Below, in pieces: positions 9,251-18,984 of a stretch of DNA of 64,000 bases. A program made the position numbers and the translations under genes. The notes beneath the pieces are model-generated. The model searched no databases. It had not been told where the DNA came from and was given only the letters and a program-made list of their open reading frames with translations. The first letter of the stretch is position 1. The number at the start of each line of letters is the position of its first letter. Origin of the DNA: Dehalococcoidia bacterium (lineage in GTDB: Bacteria; Chloroflexota; Dehalococcoidia; Lucifugimonadales; UBA2985); assembly GCA_965221925.1 (NCBI GenBank), contig OZ244924.1, positions 713 through 64,712 of the forward strand, read 5' to 3'.

Positions 9251-9904
9251 AACGGGCCTCCCATCCCCTCCTCCCCTCTGGATGCCCGCGTGCGCGGGCA
9301 TGACGACGTTGGGGAGGACACGGTTCCGTTCATCCCCGTATCAAGTACGGGGCAGGCTCTGAGCTTGTCGAAGGGCGTGAGCGGAACGTGTGGGCCTTCC
9401 CAAGGGCCCCGATCATGTGGTTCGACAGGCTCACCACGAACGGGCCTCCCATCCCCTCCTCCCCAACGTCGTCATGCCCGCGTGCGCAGGCATGACGACG
9501 TTGGGGAGGACACGGTTCCGCTCATCCCCGTATCAAGTACGGGGCAGGCTCTGAGCTTGTCGAAGGGCGTGAGCGGAACGTGTGGGCCTTCCCAGCGGCC
9601 CCGATCATGTGGTTCGACAAGCTCGCCACGAACGGGCCTCCCATCCCCTCCTCCCCCCTGGACGCCCGCGTGCGCGGGCATGACGACGGTGAGAGGAAGC
9701 CCGCTCATATGGTTCGACAGGCTCACCACGAGCGGGAAAGAGATCCACCATGAGCGGGGTTCCAAGTTCCGTTCATCCTGAGTTTGTCGAAGGGCGTGAG
9801 CGGAACGTGTGGGCCTTCCCAGCGGCCCCGATCATGTGGTTCGACAGGCTCACCACGAACGGGCCTCCCATCCCCTCCTCCCCTCTGGATGCCCGCGTGC
9901 GCTG
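9251..9904. repeat. BIME-like tandem array of ~190-bp mosaic REP units
   Basis: Units start AACGGGCCTCCCATCCCCTCC at 9251, 9439, 9631 and 9858; contain ATGCCCGCGTGCGCGGGCAT and GAGCTTGTCGAA/TTCGACAGGCTC arms. Confidence 0.9.
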
Positions 9905-9947
9905 CAGGGTCTTTCGATTATGGCAAGAAGAGTGATAGAGTTGGCGT

Positions 9948-10391
9948 ATGAATACGGAGGGACTGGGAAAGAGCCTACTCAGAGTACTGGAGGGGGCGCC
10001 TGATCCCCGGTCCAGGCATGGTCGTCGCCATGCGCTGAGTGCAATCTTGGCGTTATCGGTGTGTGCAATAGCAAGTGGCGCCCGTAGTCTATATGCCATA
10101 GCCCAATGGGGAAGGATGCAAGACCCGGCTACACTGAAGGAGTTGGGGTTCACCAGAGAGCGAACCCCTGCGATATCCACGTTGCATAAGGTGTTCAGCA
10201 GTATAGACGTGGATGCGTTCGAGAGTGTGCTTGGGGAATGGGTTGAATCTCAGTTGGGAACAAGAGAGGAGGCAATAGCAATAGATGGCAAGGCGCTTAG
10301 GGGGATACACGGGGAGGAGGCGCCTGGAGTCCGTCTTGTGGCTGCCTATAGCCATCGCATGGGCTTGGTGGTGAGTCAAAAAGGGGGGTGA
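9948..10391 (+). CDS. ISAs1 transposase, N-terminal ORF
   Basis: Differs from 3723..4166 at only two residues. Confidence 0.9.
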   Translation: MNTEGLGKSLLRVLEGAPDPRSRHGRRHALSAILALSVCAIASGARSLYAIAQWGRMQDPATLKELGFTRERTPAISTLHKVFSSIDVDAFESVLGEWVESQLGTREEAIAIDGKALRGIHGEEAPGVRLVAAYSHRMGLVVSQKGG

Positions 10392-11071
10392 CGGCTGAGA
10401 AGAATCAGTCGGAGTTGGCTATGGCAAGCTCGCTGTTGGAGAGAATGATCGTAACAGACAGGGTAGTGACCGGGGATGCGCTGTACTGCCAGAGACAGCT
10501 GTGTGAACAGGTGGTTGGTGGAGGTGGCGACTATCTGTTGATAGTCAAGAGCAACCAGAAGAGGCTGTACGAGGACATAGAGTTGTGCTTCGACCGGCCT
10601 GTGGTTGGTGAGACGTATGGATATGCCGAGACCGAGGACAGTCATGGAGAGCGTCGAGAGTATCGCAGGTTGTGGGCTACAGACACACTGAAGACCTATC
10701 TGGAGTGGCCCGGACACGGGCAGGTGATGAAGGTTGAGAGTTGGCGCAGCATCAAAGGCAAGGCCACTCGACAGGTGCGATACGCTATCACCAGCCTTGG
10801 GACTCACACACCGGCTGATAGACTGCTCCAACTGGTACGCGGCCATTGGCGCATTGAGAATGGCCTGCACTATGTGAGGGACGTGACCATGGGGGAGGAT
10901 GGCTCCCAAGTTCGCACCGGCTCAGCGCCACAGATGATGGCAGCCCTGAGAAACGTGGCGCTGAATATCCTCCGACTGAGCGGAGCTACCAACATCGCAG
11001 CAGCCATAAGGAACGTCGCTTGGCAGCCCAACGGCGCTCTCAGATTGCTAGGCCTACTACCATCACAATAA
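10388..11071 (+). CDS. ISAs1 transposase, C-terminal ORF
   Basis: Differs from 3043..3726 at one residue. Confidence 0.9.
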   Translation: MTAEKNQSELAMASSLLERMIVTDRVVTGDALYCQRQLCEQVVGGGGDYLLIVKSNQKRLYEDIELCFDRPVVGETYGYAETEDSHGERREYRRLWATDTLKTYLEWPGHGQVMKVESWRSIKGKATRQVRYAITSLGTHTPADRLLQLVRGHWRIENGLHYVRDVTMGEDGSQVRTGSAPQMMAALRNVALNILRLSGATNIAAAIRNVAWQPNGALRLLGLLPSQ

Positions 11072-11158
11072 TCGAAAGACCCTGGCGTGCGCTGCGCCTT
11101 ATGGCAAACCTGGGGAATACGGAGTATAGTGGACGTAGCGGGTCTAGGAGGAAGGATT

Positions 11159-11374
11159 ATGGAAGAGCAAAGGCTGGAAGAGCAAAAACCGGAAGAGCAG
11201 AGGCCGGGTATCGGCTTCACAAAACGTCATCGCTGGTCCGGACTCTGGAACGGCGTGGTTATAGGCATGGGGCTTTCCTGGATCATCGCGGGACAGATTC
11301 TTGGCGTATTCCCCCTGGTTTTGGGCATCATCATGGAGGTGATGCAGCGCAGGGGTCTGAGTAGCGAGGGGTAG
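11159..11374 (+). CDS. Small hypothetical membrane protein
   Basis: AGGAGG RBS, ATG 11159, two hydrophobic segments. Confidence 0.55.
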   Translation: MEEQRLEEQKPEEQRPGIGFTKRHRWSGLWNGVVIGMGLSWIIAGQILGVFPLVLGIIMEVMQRRGLSSEG

Positions 11375-11541
11375 CCCCGGGCTCCATGCCTTTCAGGCGT
11401 GGAATCCGGCCCGCGTACGCGGGTGGGCCTCTGCGCATCGGCTTGTGAAGGCGCAGGAAACCTGCTAAGATTCTCATCGTCATATTCCCGGCCCGCGTTG
11501 TTGGGCCGAGCGTGTAAATACCGTAGAAGAGGTGGACATCT

Positions 11542-12612
11542 GTGTCGAAGATCAACGTAGCTATTATAGGAGCGGGCAACTGCGCATCCTCCCTGGTGCA
11601 GGGAATATACAAGTACCAGGAGGCCGATGAGGACGCCTTCATTCCCGGACTCATGCACCCGGTATTGGGAGGCTACCACATATCGGACATCAACCTCGTT
11701 GCCGCCTTCGACATCGACAAGAACAAGGTAGGCAAGGACCTGTCCCAGGCTATCTTCACCGCGCCGAACAACACCGCAAAGTTCGCCGACGTGCCCTTTA
11801 TGGACGTGCCCGTGGAGAGGGGCATGACCCACGACAGCCTTGGGAAGTACCTGTCCCAGGTGATTGTCAAAGACCCCGGCTCCACCGTGGACATTGTCAA
11901 CATACTCAAGGAGAGAGACACACACGTGGTGGTGAACTACCTGCCCGTGGGAAGCGAGCAGGCCACCAAGTGGTACGTGGAGCAGGTGCTGGCAGCAGGT
12001 TGCGGCTTCGTCAACTGCATTCCGGTATTCATTGGCAGAGAGAACTACTGGCAGAAGCGCTTTGAGGAGAAGAACCTGCCGGTGATAGGCGACGACATCA
12101 AGTCCCAGTTTGGAGCTACCATCACCCACAGGGTCTTGACGCGCCTCATGCGGGAGAGGGGGATCAAGCTGGAGAGGACCTACCAGCTCAACTTTGGAGG
12201 CAATACCGACTTCTACAACATGCTGGAGAGGGAACGGCTGGAGTCCAAGAAGATATCGAAGACCAACGCGGTGACCTCTCAGTTGGACTACGATCTGGGG
12301 CCGGACAACGTACACGTAGGCCCCAGCGACTACGTGCCCTGGCTGGCAGACCGCAAGTGGTGCCACATCCGGATGGAGGGACGCACCTTTGGCGACGTCC
12401 CCATAAACCTGGAGCTCAAGCTGGAGGTGTGGGACAGCCCCAACTCCGCCGGCGTGGTGGTGGACGCCATACGGTGCTGCAAGCTGGCCTTGGACCGCGG
12501 CATTAGCGGCGCTCTCAAGGGCCCGGCCGCCTACTTCATGAAGTCGCCTCCCATTCAATACTCCGACGACGAGGCGCGAAGAATGGTGGAGAGCTTTATA
12601 GACGGCGACTAG
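11542..12612 (+). CDS. ino1: myo-inositol-1-phosphate synthase
   Basis: [60 protein letters not shown]. Confidence 0.96.
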   Translation: MSKINVAIIGAGNCASSLVQGIYKYQEADEDAFIPGLMHPVLGGYHISDINLVAAFDIDKNKVGKDLSQAIFTAPNNTAKFADVPFMDVPVERGMTHDSLGKYLSQVIVKDPGSTVDIVNILKERDTHVVVNYLPVGSEQATKWYVEQVLAAGCGFVNCIPVFIGRENYWQKRFEEKNLPVIGDDIKSQFGATITHRVLTRLMRERGIKLERTYQLNFGGNTDFYNMLERERLESKKISKTNAVTSQLDYDLGPDNVHVGPSDYVPWLADRKWCHIRMEGRTFGDVPINLELKLEVWDSPNSAGVVVDAIRCCKLALDRGISGALKGPAAYFMKSPPIQYSDDEARRMVESFIDGD

Positions 12613-12645
12613 GCGCCTAGCGCCCTGGACGCCCTGCATAGCTAA

Positions 12646-13811
12646 ATGAAAATCGGTCTGGTTTCCCCCTACGATTACGCCTACCCCGGTGGCGTGATGG
12701 CTCACATCTTCCACCTGAGCCAGCACCTCATCAAGGCCGGACACGAGATCAAGATCATTGCGCCTCTCTCAAGCCCCCCAGCCATCCTGGACAGGGCTTT
12801 ATCCGGCTGGGCAGGTCCGTCCCCGTACCCACCGGCGGTTCCACGGCTCGCATATCCCTATCGGTATGGCTGGAGCCGCGTATCAAGCGCCTCCTGAGGG
12901 AGGAGAGCTTTGACGTCATACACCTGCACGAACCCCTTGCGCCCGTCATCCCTTTGCTCATTCTGCATCTCTCCCAGTCGGTGAACGTGGGAACGTTCCA
13001 CGCCTTCCACGGCAGCAGCCGCATATACTGGCTGAGCAAGCACATGCTGAGAAGGTCGCACGACAGGCTGGACGGCAGGATTGCCGTTTCCAGTCCCGCG
13101 TTGAGCTTTGTAAGCAAGCACTTCCCCGGCGACTACCGGGTCATTCCCAACGGGATAGAGTTCAACCGGTTCTCCGGGCCGGCGCGCCCTCTCCGAGATT
13201 TCCAGGACGGCAAGCTGAACATCCTGTTTGTAGGACGGCTGGAGAAACGCAAGGGGTTGCGATATCTCCTGGGAGCATACGGCAAGCTGAAGTGGAAACA
13301 TCCAAACACACGGCTCATTGTGGTTGGCCCCGGCAACCCGGAGCCGGAGGCTTACCGCTTCATCGCCGAGCGCAACATCGAGGACGTTGTGCTGGTCGGC
13401 GGCGTATCCTACGAGGACCTGCCCCGCTACTATCAGGCCGCGGACATATTCTGCTCGCCCGCCACCGGCAAAGAGAGCTTCGGCATAGTCCTGCTGGAGG
13501 CGATGGCGGCGGGCAAACCCATAGTCGCCACGAACATAGAGGGGTACGCATCGGTGATGTCTCACCGCGAGGAGGGCCTGCTGGTCCCACCCAAGAGCGA
13601 AGAGGCCCTAGAGGAAGCCCTGGATACCCTTCTGGCGGACTCAGCGCTGCGGGAGGAGATGGGCGCCAGGGGGACCGAAAAGGCGCCCCACTACGACTGG
13701 GAACGAGTAACGGCCAGGATAATCGAGTACTACACCCACCTCTTGGACCGTCGCAGCGTCGCCAACTCTACGGACCTTCTGCAGCAGCAGGAAGGGCCCA
13801 TCCTTTCCTGA
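12646..13811 (+). pseudogene. pimA: PimA-like GT4 phosphatidyl-myo-inositol mannosyltransferase with a 1-bp frameshift near 12793
   Basis: [14 protein letters not shown] in one frame; [12 protein letters not shown]...HLHEP..GTFH..ESFGIVLLEAMAAG in the next; may be a sequencing error. Confidence 0.75.
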
Positions 13812-13816
13812 ATGCC

Positions 13817-14416
13817 ATGCCTTCATGGCAAGAGTGCAGGACACAGGCCCGCAAGGCCTCTACCCGCTACCTTGAGGAGCCATTAGCGCGCCTCCTGAAG
13901 GCGGTGGGCCTGTCGCCCAACAAAGTGACGATTCTCGGCCTCCTGACCGGCGCAGCGTGCGCCTACCTGCTCAGCATGGGTAACTTTGTTGGCGGCGGCG
14001 CCCTGCTCATTCTGTCAGGCGTGATGGACATGGCCGACGGCGCCCTGGCGCGGCGCTACGGCAACGCCAGTCCACGAGGCGCGCTCCTGGACTCCACCAT
14101 AGACCGCGTGGCGGAGGCCACGGTCTTCCTGGGCCTTCTGGTGTTCTATTTAGACCCCCTCTCTATTCCGGAGGCGCTGCTGGTAAACCTGGCGCTGTTT
14201 GGCTCTTTCATGGTGAGCTATCTGCGCGCGCGGGGAGAGGGGCTGGGCGTGGATTGCAAGGTGGGTATAATGACCAGGCCGGAGAGGGTGTTAGTCTTGG
14301 CGGTGGGCCTTCTGATAGGCCAGGCCGCCATAGCCCTGGCTATCATCGCCGCCCTGTCCTTCCTGACCGCCATCCACCGGTTCTGGCACATCTACCGAGC
14401 GCTGCCTAAGGCGTAG
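13817..14416 (+). CDS. pgsA: CDP-alcohol phosphatidyltransferase (phosphatidylinositol-phosphate synthase-like)
   Basis: DMADGALARR...GALLDSTIDR signature, SYLRARGEGLG, GIMTRPER. Confidence 0.88.
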   Translation: MPSWQECRTQARKASTRYLEEPLARLLKAVGLSPNKVTILGLLTGAACAYLLSMGNFVGGGALLILSGVMDMADGALARRYGNASPRGALLDSTIDRVAEATVFLGLLVFYLDPLSIPEALLVNLALFGSFMVSYLRARGEGLGVDCKVGIMTRPERVLVLAVGLLIGQAAIALAIIAALSFLTAIHRFWHIYRALPKA

Positions 14417-14536
14417 GGCGCCGCGCATATGGTTGTGGGCGTAGCCGACGCCGCTCATTTACTTCGACAAGCTCAGTATGAGCGGCGTCGCGCGCCATAA
14501 CCAACGCCTGTAGATAATACCTAAGCCGGGGGTTTG

Positions 14537-14564
14537 TTGACATGGAGCGGCCTACGGATATACT
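14537..14564 (+). promoter_or_regulatory. Sigma70-type promoter of the MFS gene
   Basis: TTGACA-16 bp-TATACT. Confidence 0.55.
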
Positions 14565-14672
14565 TTAACGGCGGCCAGGGACCGCTTTGGGCGCTGTGTT
14601 CTCCACGGCAGGCTCATTCCTCCGCTGACCTCAAACTTTACCGCACTCAGGCTCAGGGAAGGAAGGTCCAAG

Positions 14673-15953
14673 TTGCAAGAGAGCAGGCCAAGGATCTTCT
14701 ATGGCTGGTGGATTGTCCTGGCGGCATTCCTGCTCCTCACCTTCACCAGCATGACCGGCGCCTATGGCCTCAGCCTGTTCTACAAGCGCCTCACCGACTA
14801 CTTCGGCTGGGGCCGGACCGCGCTGGCGGGGGCCATCTCCCTGTCCAGGCTGGAGGCAGGCTTCCTGGGAGGAATCGAGGGGTTTCTGGTCGACAAGTTC
14901 GGCCCGCGAGTAATGATACTCATGGGTATCGTTCTCACCAGCATCGGCATGATACTCCTGTCCCGCGTCAACACCCTGCTGGCTTTCTACGTCATTTTCA
15001 TCCTGATGGTGACTGCGGGGAGGAGCCTCAGCTCCATGGTTGCCATTGACACCACGGTGGTCAACTGGTTCATCCGGCGGCGAGGCACGGCCTTCGGAAT
15101 GCTGCGATCGGCTGTGGCGGTCGGCGCGGCCGGAGTGATAGTGGTTGCGTGGTTCATCGACATGTACGGCTGGAGAACGGCCTTCGTCGCCACGGGCATA
15201 GGTACGCTTCTCGTCGGAGTGCCGACGGCCCTTGTGATGAGGCACAGGCCGGAGCAGTACGGCCTGCTCCCGGACGGCGACGCGCAGGAGCCAAGACGCA
15301 GCCAGCCAATGGACGTCCAGGGCGGGTCCGAGGAGGCAGCCGCCGTACCTGAGGTGGAACTGGAGCCGGACATAGGCATGACGGTGATGGAGGCCCTGAA
15401 GACCAGGCCGTTCTGGACCCTCTCATTCGGGTTTGCCATACGGCTCCTGGTCACCGGAGCCGCGACCCTGCACGCTCCTTCCCTGGTGGAGGACCTGGGG
15501 TACTCCACGGCCACCGCCGCTGCCGTCCTTGGCTCTATGGGAATGGTCAGCATAATCGGAAGGCTGGGCGGCGGATTCCTCAACGATGCCTTTGGCACCA
15601 AGATAGTGGCCGTAGCCAGCGTATGCGCCCTCGCCGTCTCCTGCCTGGTCATCGCCTATGCCCAGAACCTTTGGCACATATTGTTGTTTGTGGCCCTGTA
15701 CGCTCCGTCCTACGGCTGCTCCGCAGCTACAATGCCGGCCATCAAGGGCGATTACTTTGGACGAAGGTCATACGGCACAATCCTGGGCCTCTCAGGAATG
15801 GCGCAGATGGCCGGTTCCATGCTGGGCCCGGTCTATGCTGCGTACGTGTTCGAAGTCTCGGGCAGCTACCGTTTTGCCTTCCTCAGCTTTGCGGCGCTGC
15901 TTCTGATCTCCGCCGCGCTCTTCATGTCCCTACAGCGGCCCCGCTACCGCTGA
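14673..15953 (+). CDS. MFS transporter
   Basis: IFYGWWIV, GFLVDKFGPR motif A, about 12 hydrophobic segments. Confidence 0.92.
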   Translation: MQESRPRIFYGWWIVLAAFLLLTFTSMTGAYGLSLFYKRLTDYFGWGRTALAGAISLSRLEAGFLGGIEGFLVDKFGPRVMILMGIVLTSIGMILLSRVNTLLAFYVIFILMVTAGRSLSSMVAIDTTVVNWFIRRRGTAFGMLRSAVAVGAAGVIVVAWFIDMYGWRTAFVATGIGTLLVGVPTALVMRHRPEQYGLLPDGDAQEPRRSQPMDVQGGSEEAAAVPEVELEPDIGMTVMEALKTRPFWTLSFGFAIRLLVTGAATLHAPSLVEDLGYSTATAAAVLGSMGMVSIIGRLGGGFLNDAFGTKIVAVASVCALAVSCLVIAYAQNLWHILLFVALYAPSYGCSAATMPAIKGDYFGRRSYGTILGLSGMAQMAGSMLGPVYAAYVFEVSGSYRFAFLSFAALLLISAALFMSLQRPRYR

Positions 15954-16082
15954 GTCTGGGCTGCTCACTGGGCGCGCTACCGCTCACGCCCTTCGACACG
16001 CCCTTCGACACGCCCAGAGCCTGCCCAGTACTTGATACGGGGATGAGCGGGTAAGAGAGGCTTCGGGCGCTGTTCCCCTCAC

Positions 16083-16403
16083 TCACGATGAGTGGGCCTC
16101 CACCATCTCCAGCCTTTGAGAGAGGCGGTCAGAGGTGACCTCCAGGTCATACTGGCTCTGCAGCCCCATCCAGAACTCCGCGGAGTTCCCAAAGAAGCGC
16201 GAGAACAGCAGCGCCGTCTCCGCTGTGATGGACCGCTCCCCATGAACGATGGCATGAATCCGGCGCGGGTCCACGCCAAGGGCCTTGGCCAGCCGGTACT
16301 GGGTGAGGTTCATCGGCAGCAGAAACTCCTCGTTGAGGATTTCTCCGGGGTGAATGGGAGGCAGCCTTTCCGGATTCTGTGCAGTCTTCCTTGTCATGGT
16401 CAC
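16083..16403 (-). CDS. higA: HigA family antitoxin
   Basis: PPIHPGEILNEEFL, ITAETAL, FWMGLQSQYDL. Confidence 0.93.
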   Translation of the reverse strand: MTMTRKTAQNPERLPPIHPGEILNEEFLLPMNLTQYRLAKALGVDPRRIHAIVHGERSITAETALLFSRFFGNSAEFWMGLQSQYDLEVTSDRLSQRLEMVEAHSS

Positions 16404-16422
16404 ACCTCTTCCAAGTTTCGCA

Positions 16423-16697
16423 TCAATGGTAGTCCACTACCTCCACCTGATAGGCGTTTCCTTCGCTCCAGACAAAGCAGATACGCCACTGATCGTTGAT
16501 GCGTATACTGTGCTGTCCGCTTCTGTCCCCCGAAAGGGCTTCCACCCGGTTCCCCGGAGGCGCCCTCAGATCGTTGATGGTCCTGGCGTTGTTCAGGAGC
16601 ATCAGTTTCCTTTGGGCCCGGCGTTGAATGTCCCAGGGGAACTTGCTGACACGCCGGCGCTCGCGCGGGTGTCCATGTCCCGGCAACTCTGGATCAT
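16423..16697 (-). pseudogene. higB: HigB toxin with N-terminal frameshift
   Basis: MIQSCRD start (ATG 16697) is out of frame with RVSKFP...PPGNRVEAL.GDRSGQHSIRINDQWRICF...VVDYH. Confidence 0.75.
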
Positions 16698-16829
16698 GTG
16701 TCTATAATAGTGCGATACGCTATTAGTGTCAATTGCTAAGCCCTTCCACCCAAGCAGCCGGGGGCCAAAACCCGCTCATGGTGAGTGGGTCGAGTTATAT
16801 GAGCGGGACGACGGCGTGGGAGGCGCGTC

Positions 16830-18830
16830 TCACCCCGCTGATTCTATTGCCAGATTGCCGTAGCCGTCCACGCGGGCGGTCCAGCCCGGGGGCAAGACGG
16901 TGGTCGCGTCCATCTGGAAGACCAGGCCCGGCCCGGCGATGGCGTTGCCGGGGAGCAGGCGCGATCGGTCGTAGCAGCGAGTGGGCAGTGGCTTCCCGTT
17001 GAACACCACTGGCCGCTCGTTCACCAGGGCCGCCGACGGGTCTCTGCCGCCCTCCTCCATTGGCGTGACAGTCGGCTTCTCCACCGGGCCGATTGCCTTC
17101 AGCCGGGCCGTGACCACCTCCGTCGGCTGCGACGAGTCGCTGTGGCCGTAGCGCCGGCGATGGGCGCGATGGAAGCGCCGCGCCGCCGCCCCGGCTGCCC
17201 CCGCGCGCAGCGGCGGGCAGGGCACCGTCAACTCGTAGGACTGGCCCACGTACCGGACGTCCAGGAATCGCTGGAACCGCAGCATCGCCCTGCCGAATCC
17301 TTCAGCGCCCAGCTCCTCCCGCGCCTGCTCCTCCATAGGGAGGAAGGCCCTTCCCAGCGCGTCCGCGTCCACCTGAGACTCATGCAGCAGCAATGTGTGG
17401 GAGTAGTCCTTCACCACGTCGGCCATAGCTGCGCCCAGGGCGGAGAGGACGCCGGGGTGAGGGGGCGCCAGGACGCGGGTCATACCCAGGCCCTCCGCCA
17501 GGGCGCAGGCGTGCATGGGTCCTGCGCCGCCAAAGGCCACCAGCGTGAAGCGGCGAGGGTCGAAGCCCCGCTCCAGGGAGATGGCGCGGAGGGCGCGCTC
17601 CATAGCCGCGTTGGCGACTCTCAGGACGCCCTCAGCGGTTTCGGCGGCGTCCTGGCCCAGCTCCGCGGCCAGCCTGTTCACGTAGAAGCGCGAGCGCTCC
17701 ACGTCAATGGGCATACGTCCGTCCAGGAAGCGGCCTTCGTCCAGTCGGCCCAAGACCAGGTTGGCGTCCGTCACCGTCACCTGCTCGCCGCGGCCGTAGC
17801 AGGCGGGCCCTGGGTCGGCCCCTGCCGACTGCGGGCCCACCAGCAGCGCGCCGCCGGGGTCGACGCGGGCGATGGAGCCTCCTCCCGCCCCTACCGTGTG
17901 TATATCTATGGTGGGCATACGCGTTGGATAGCCTCCAATCTGCGCCGAGGTGGTCTCCTGAACCCGGCCGGGGCAAAGGGAAACGTCCGTGGACGTGCCG
18001 CCCATGTCAAAGGTGATGACCTGGGAGAAGCCCGCTTGGGACGCCAGGTGAAAGGCTCCGACCACGCCCCCGGCGGGGCCGCTGAGCAGGGTGCGGACAG
18101 GCTCCTGCGCGGCCCTCGCCGCCGAAAGGCTGCCCCCGCCGGAGTGCATAATGCGCAGGCGCGGGCCCAGGGCATCGCCCAGCCGCCGCAGATAGCGGGC
18201 CATGGGCGGACCCACGTAGGCGTTGACCACCACGGCGCTTGCGCGCTCGTACTCCCGGTACTCCGGCAGCAGGTTGCTGGACACTGAGAGGAACAGGTCT
18301 CCGCCCAGGCCGTCCAACGCCTCCTTGAGCAGCCGCTCGTGCGCCGGGTTGCGGAAGGAGAACAGGAGCGACACGGCGACCGCGTCGGCTCCCCTCTCAC
18401 GCGCCAGCCGGGCGATGCGCTCGGCGTCCTCGGCGCTCAGGGGGACGACGACCTCGCCCCGGCTACCCAGGCGCTCCGGCGCTCCAATGCGCAGCTCCGG
18501 CGGCACAAGCTGGGGCGGCCGCTCCACCCCAAAGTCGTACAGCGCCGGGCGGTTCTGCCGTCCGATCTCCAGCATGTCCTCAAACCCCTCCGTGACCAGG
18601 AGGGCGGTGCGGGCGCCCTTGCGCTCCAGCAGGGCGTTGGTGGCTACGGTGGAGCCGTGGGAGACTTCGGCATCGGGCGGCGCTTGGAGTTCCCGCAGAC
18701 CTTGCATCACGGCGTCTGTTGGGTCCGCCGGCGTGGAGGACGTCTTGAATACCCTGAGCCTGCCCCCGGCTATCAGGGCAAAGTCGGTGAACGTCCCGCC
18801 TATGTCTACGCCCAGGATGGCCTTGCTCAT
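16830..18830 (-). CDS. Hydantoinase A/5-oxoprolinase family ATP-binding subunit
   Basis: GVDIGGTFTD, HGSTVATNALLE, SGPAGG, DMGGTSTD, GAGGGS, FGGAGPMH. Confidence 0.93.
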   Translation of the reverse strand: MSKAILGVDIGGTFTDFALIAGGRLRVFKTSSTPADPTDAVMQGLRELQAPPDAEVSHGSTVATNALLERKGARTALLVTEGFEDMLEIGRQNRPALYDFGVERPPQLVPPELRIGAPERLGSRGEVVVPLSAEDAERIARLARERGADAVAVSLLFSFRNPAHERLLKEALDGLGGDLFLSVSSNLLPEYREYERASAVVVNAYVGPPMARYLRRLGDALGPRLRIMHSGGGSLSAARAAQEPVRTLLSGPAGGVVGAFHLASQAGFSQVITFDMGGTSTDVSLCPGRVQETTSAQIGGYPTRMPTIDIHTVGAGGGSIARVDPGGALLVGPQSAGADPGPACYGRGEQVTVTDANLVLGRLDEGRFLDGRMPIDVERSRFYVNRLAAELGQDAAETAEGVLRVANAAMERALRAISLERGFDPRRFTLVAFGGAGPMHACALAEGLGMTRVLAPPHPGVLSALGAAMADVVKDYSHTLLLHESQVDADALGRAFLPMEEQAREELGAEGFGRAMLRFQRFLDVRYVGQSYELTVPCPPLRAGAAGAAARRFHRAHRRRYGHSDSSQPTEVVTARLKAIGPVEKPTVTPMEEGGRDPSAALVNERPVVFNGKPLPTRCYDRSRLLPGNAIAGPGLVFQMDATTVLPPGWTARVDGYGNLAIESAG

Positions 18831-18984
18831 CTCATCGTGAATCTATGGAATATGGAGCGATTCGTCAAGACGCGCCGCCCAGCGTTGGTGGAACAGTTGG
18901 TACGGAATACAAGCTACCACGTAGCAATTTCCATTGACGATACACGACTATAATGGTACATTATTTGACGAAGGAGGTGAGAAC

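Larger units (their letters stand above)
9905..11084 (+). mobile_element. ISAs1-family insertion sequence, copy 2 (1180 bp)
   Basis: Same 17-bp TIRs; 10-bp direct repeat GCGTGCGCTG at 9895-9904 and 11085-11094; nearly identical to copy 1, opposite orientation. Confidence 0.95.

Noticed and set aside
9251-9904. Possible CRISPR array
   Set aside because: Units are ~190 bp with near-identical intervening sequence, no unique spacers and no cas genes; it is a REP mosaic
3030-11084. Composite transposon formed by the two ISAs1 copies
   Set aside because: Each copy has its own distinct target duplication, the outer flanks do not match, and the enclosed DNA includes the core gene ffh
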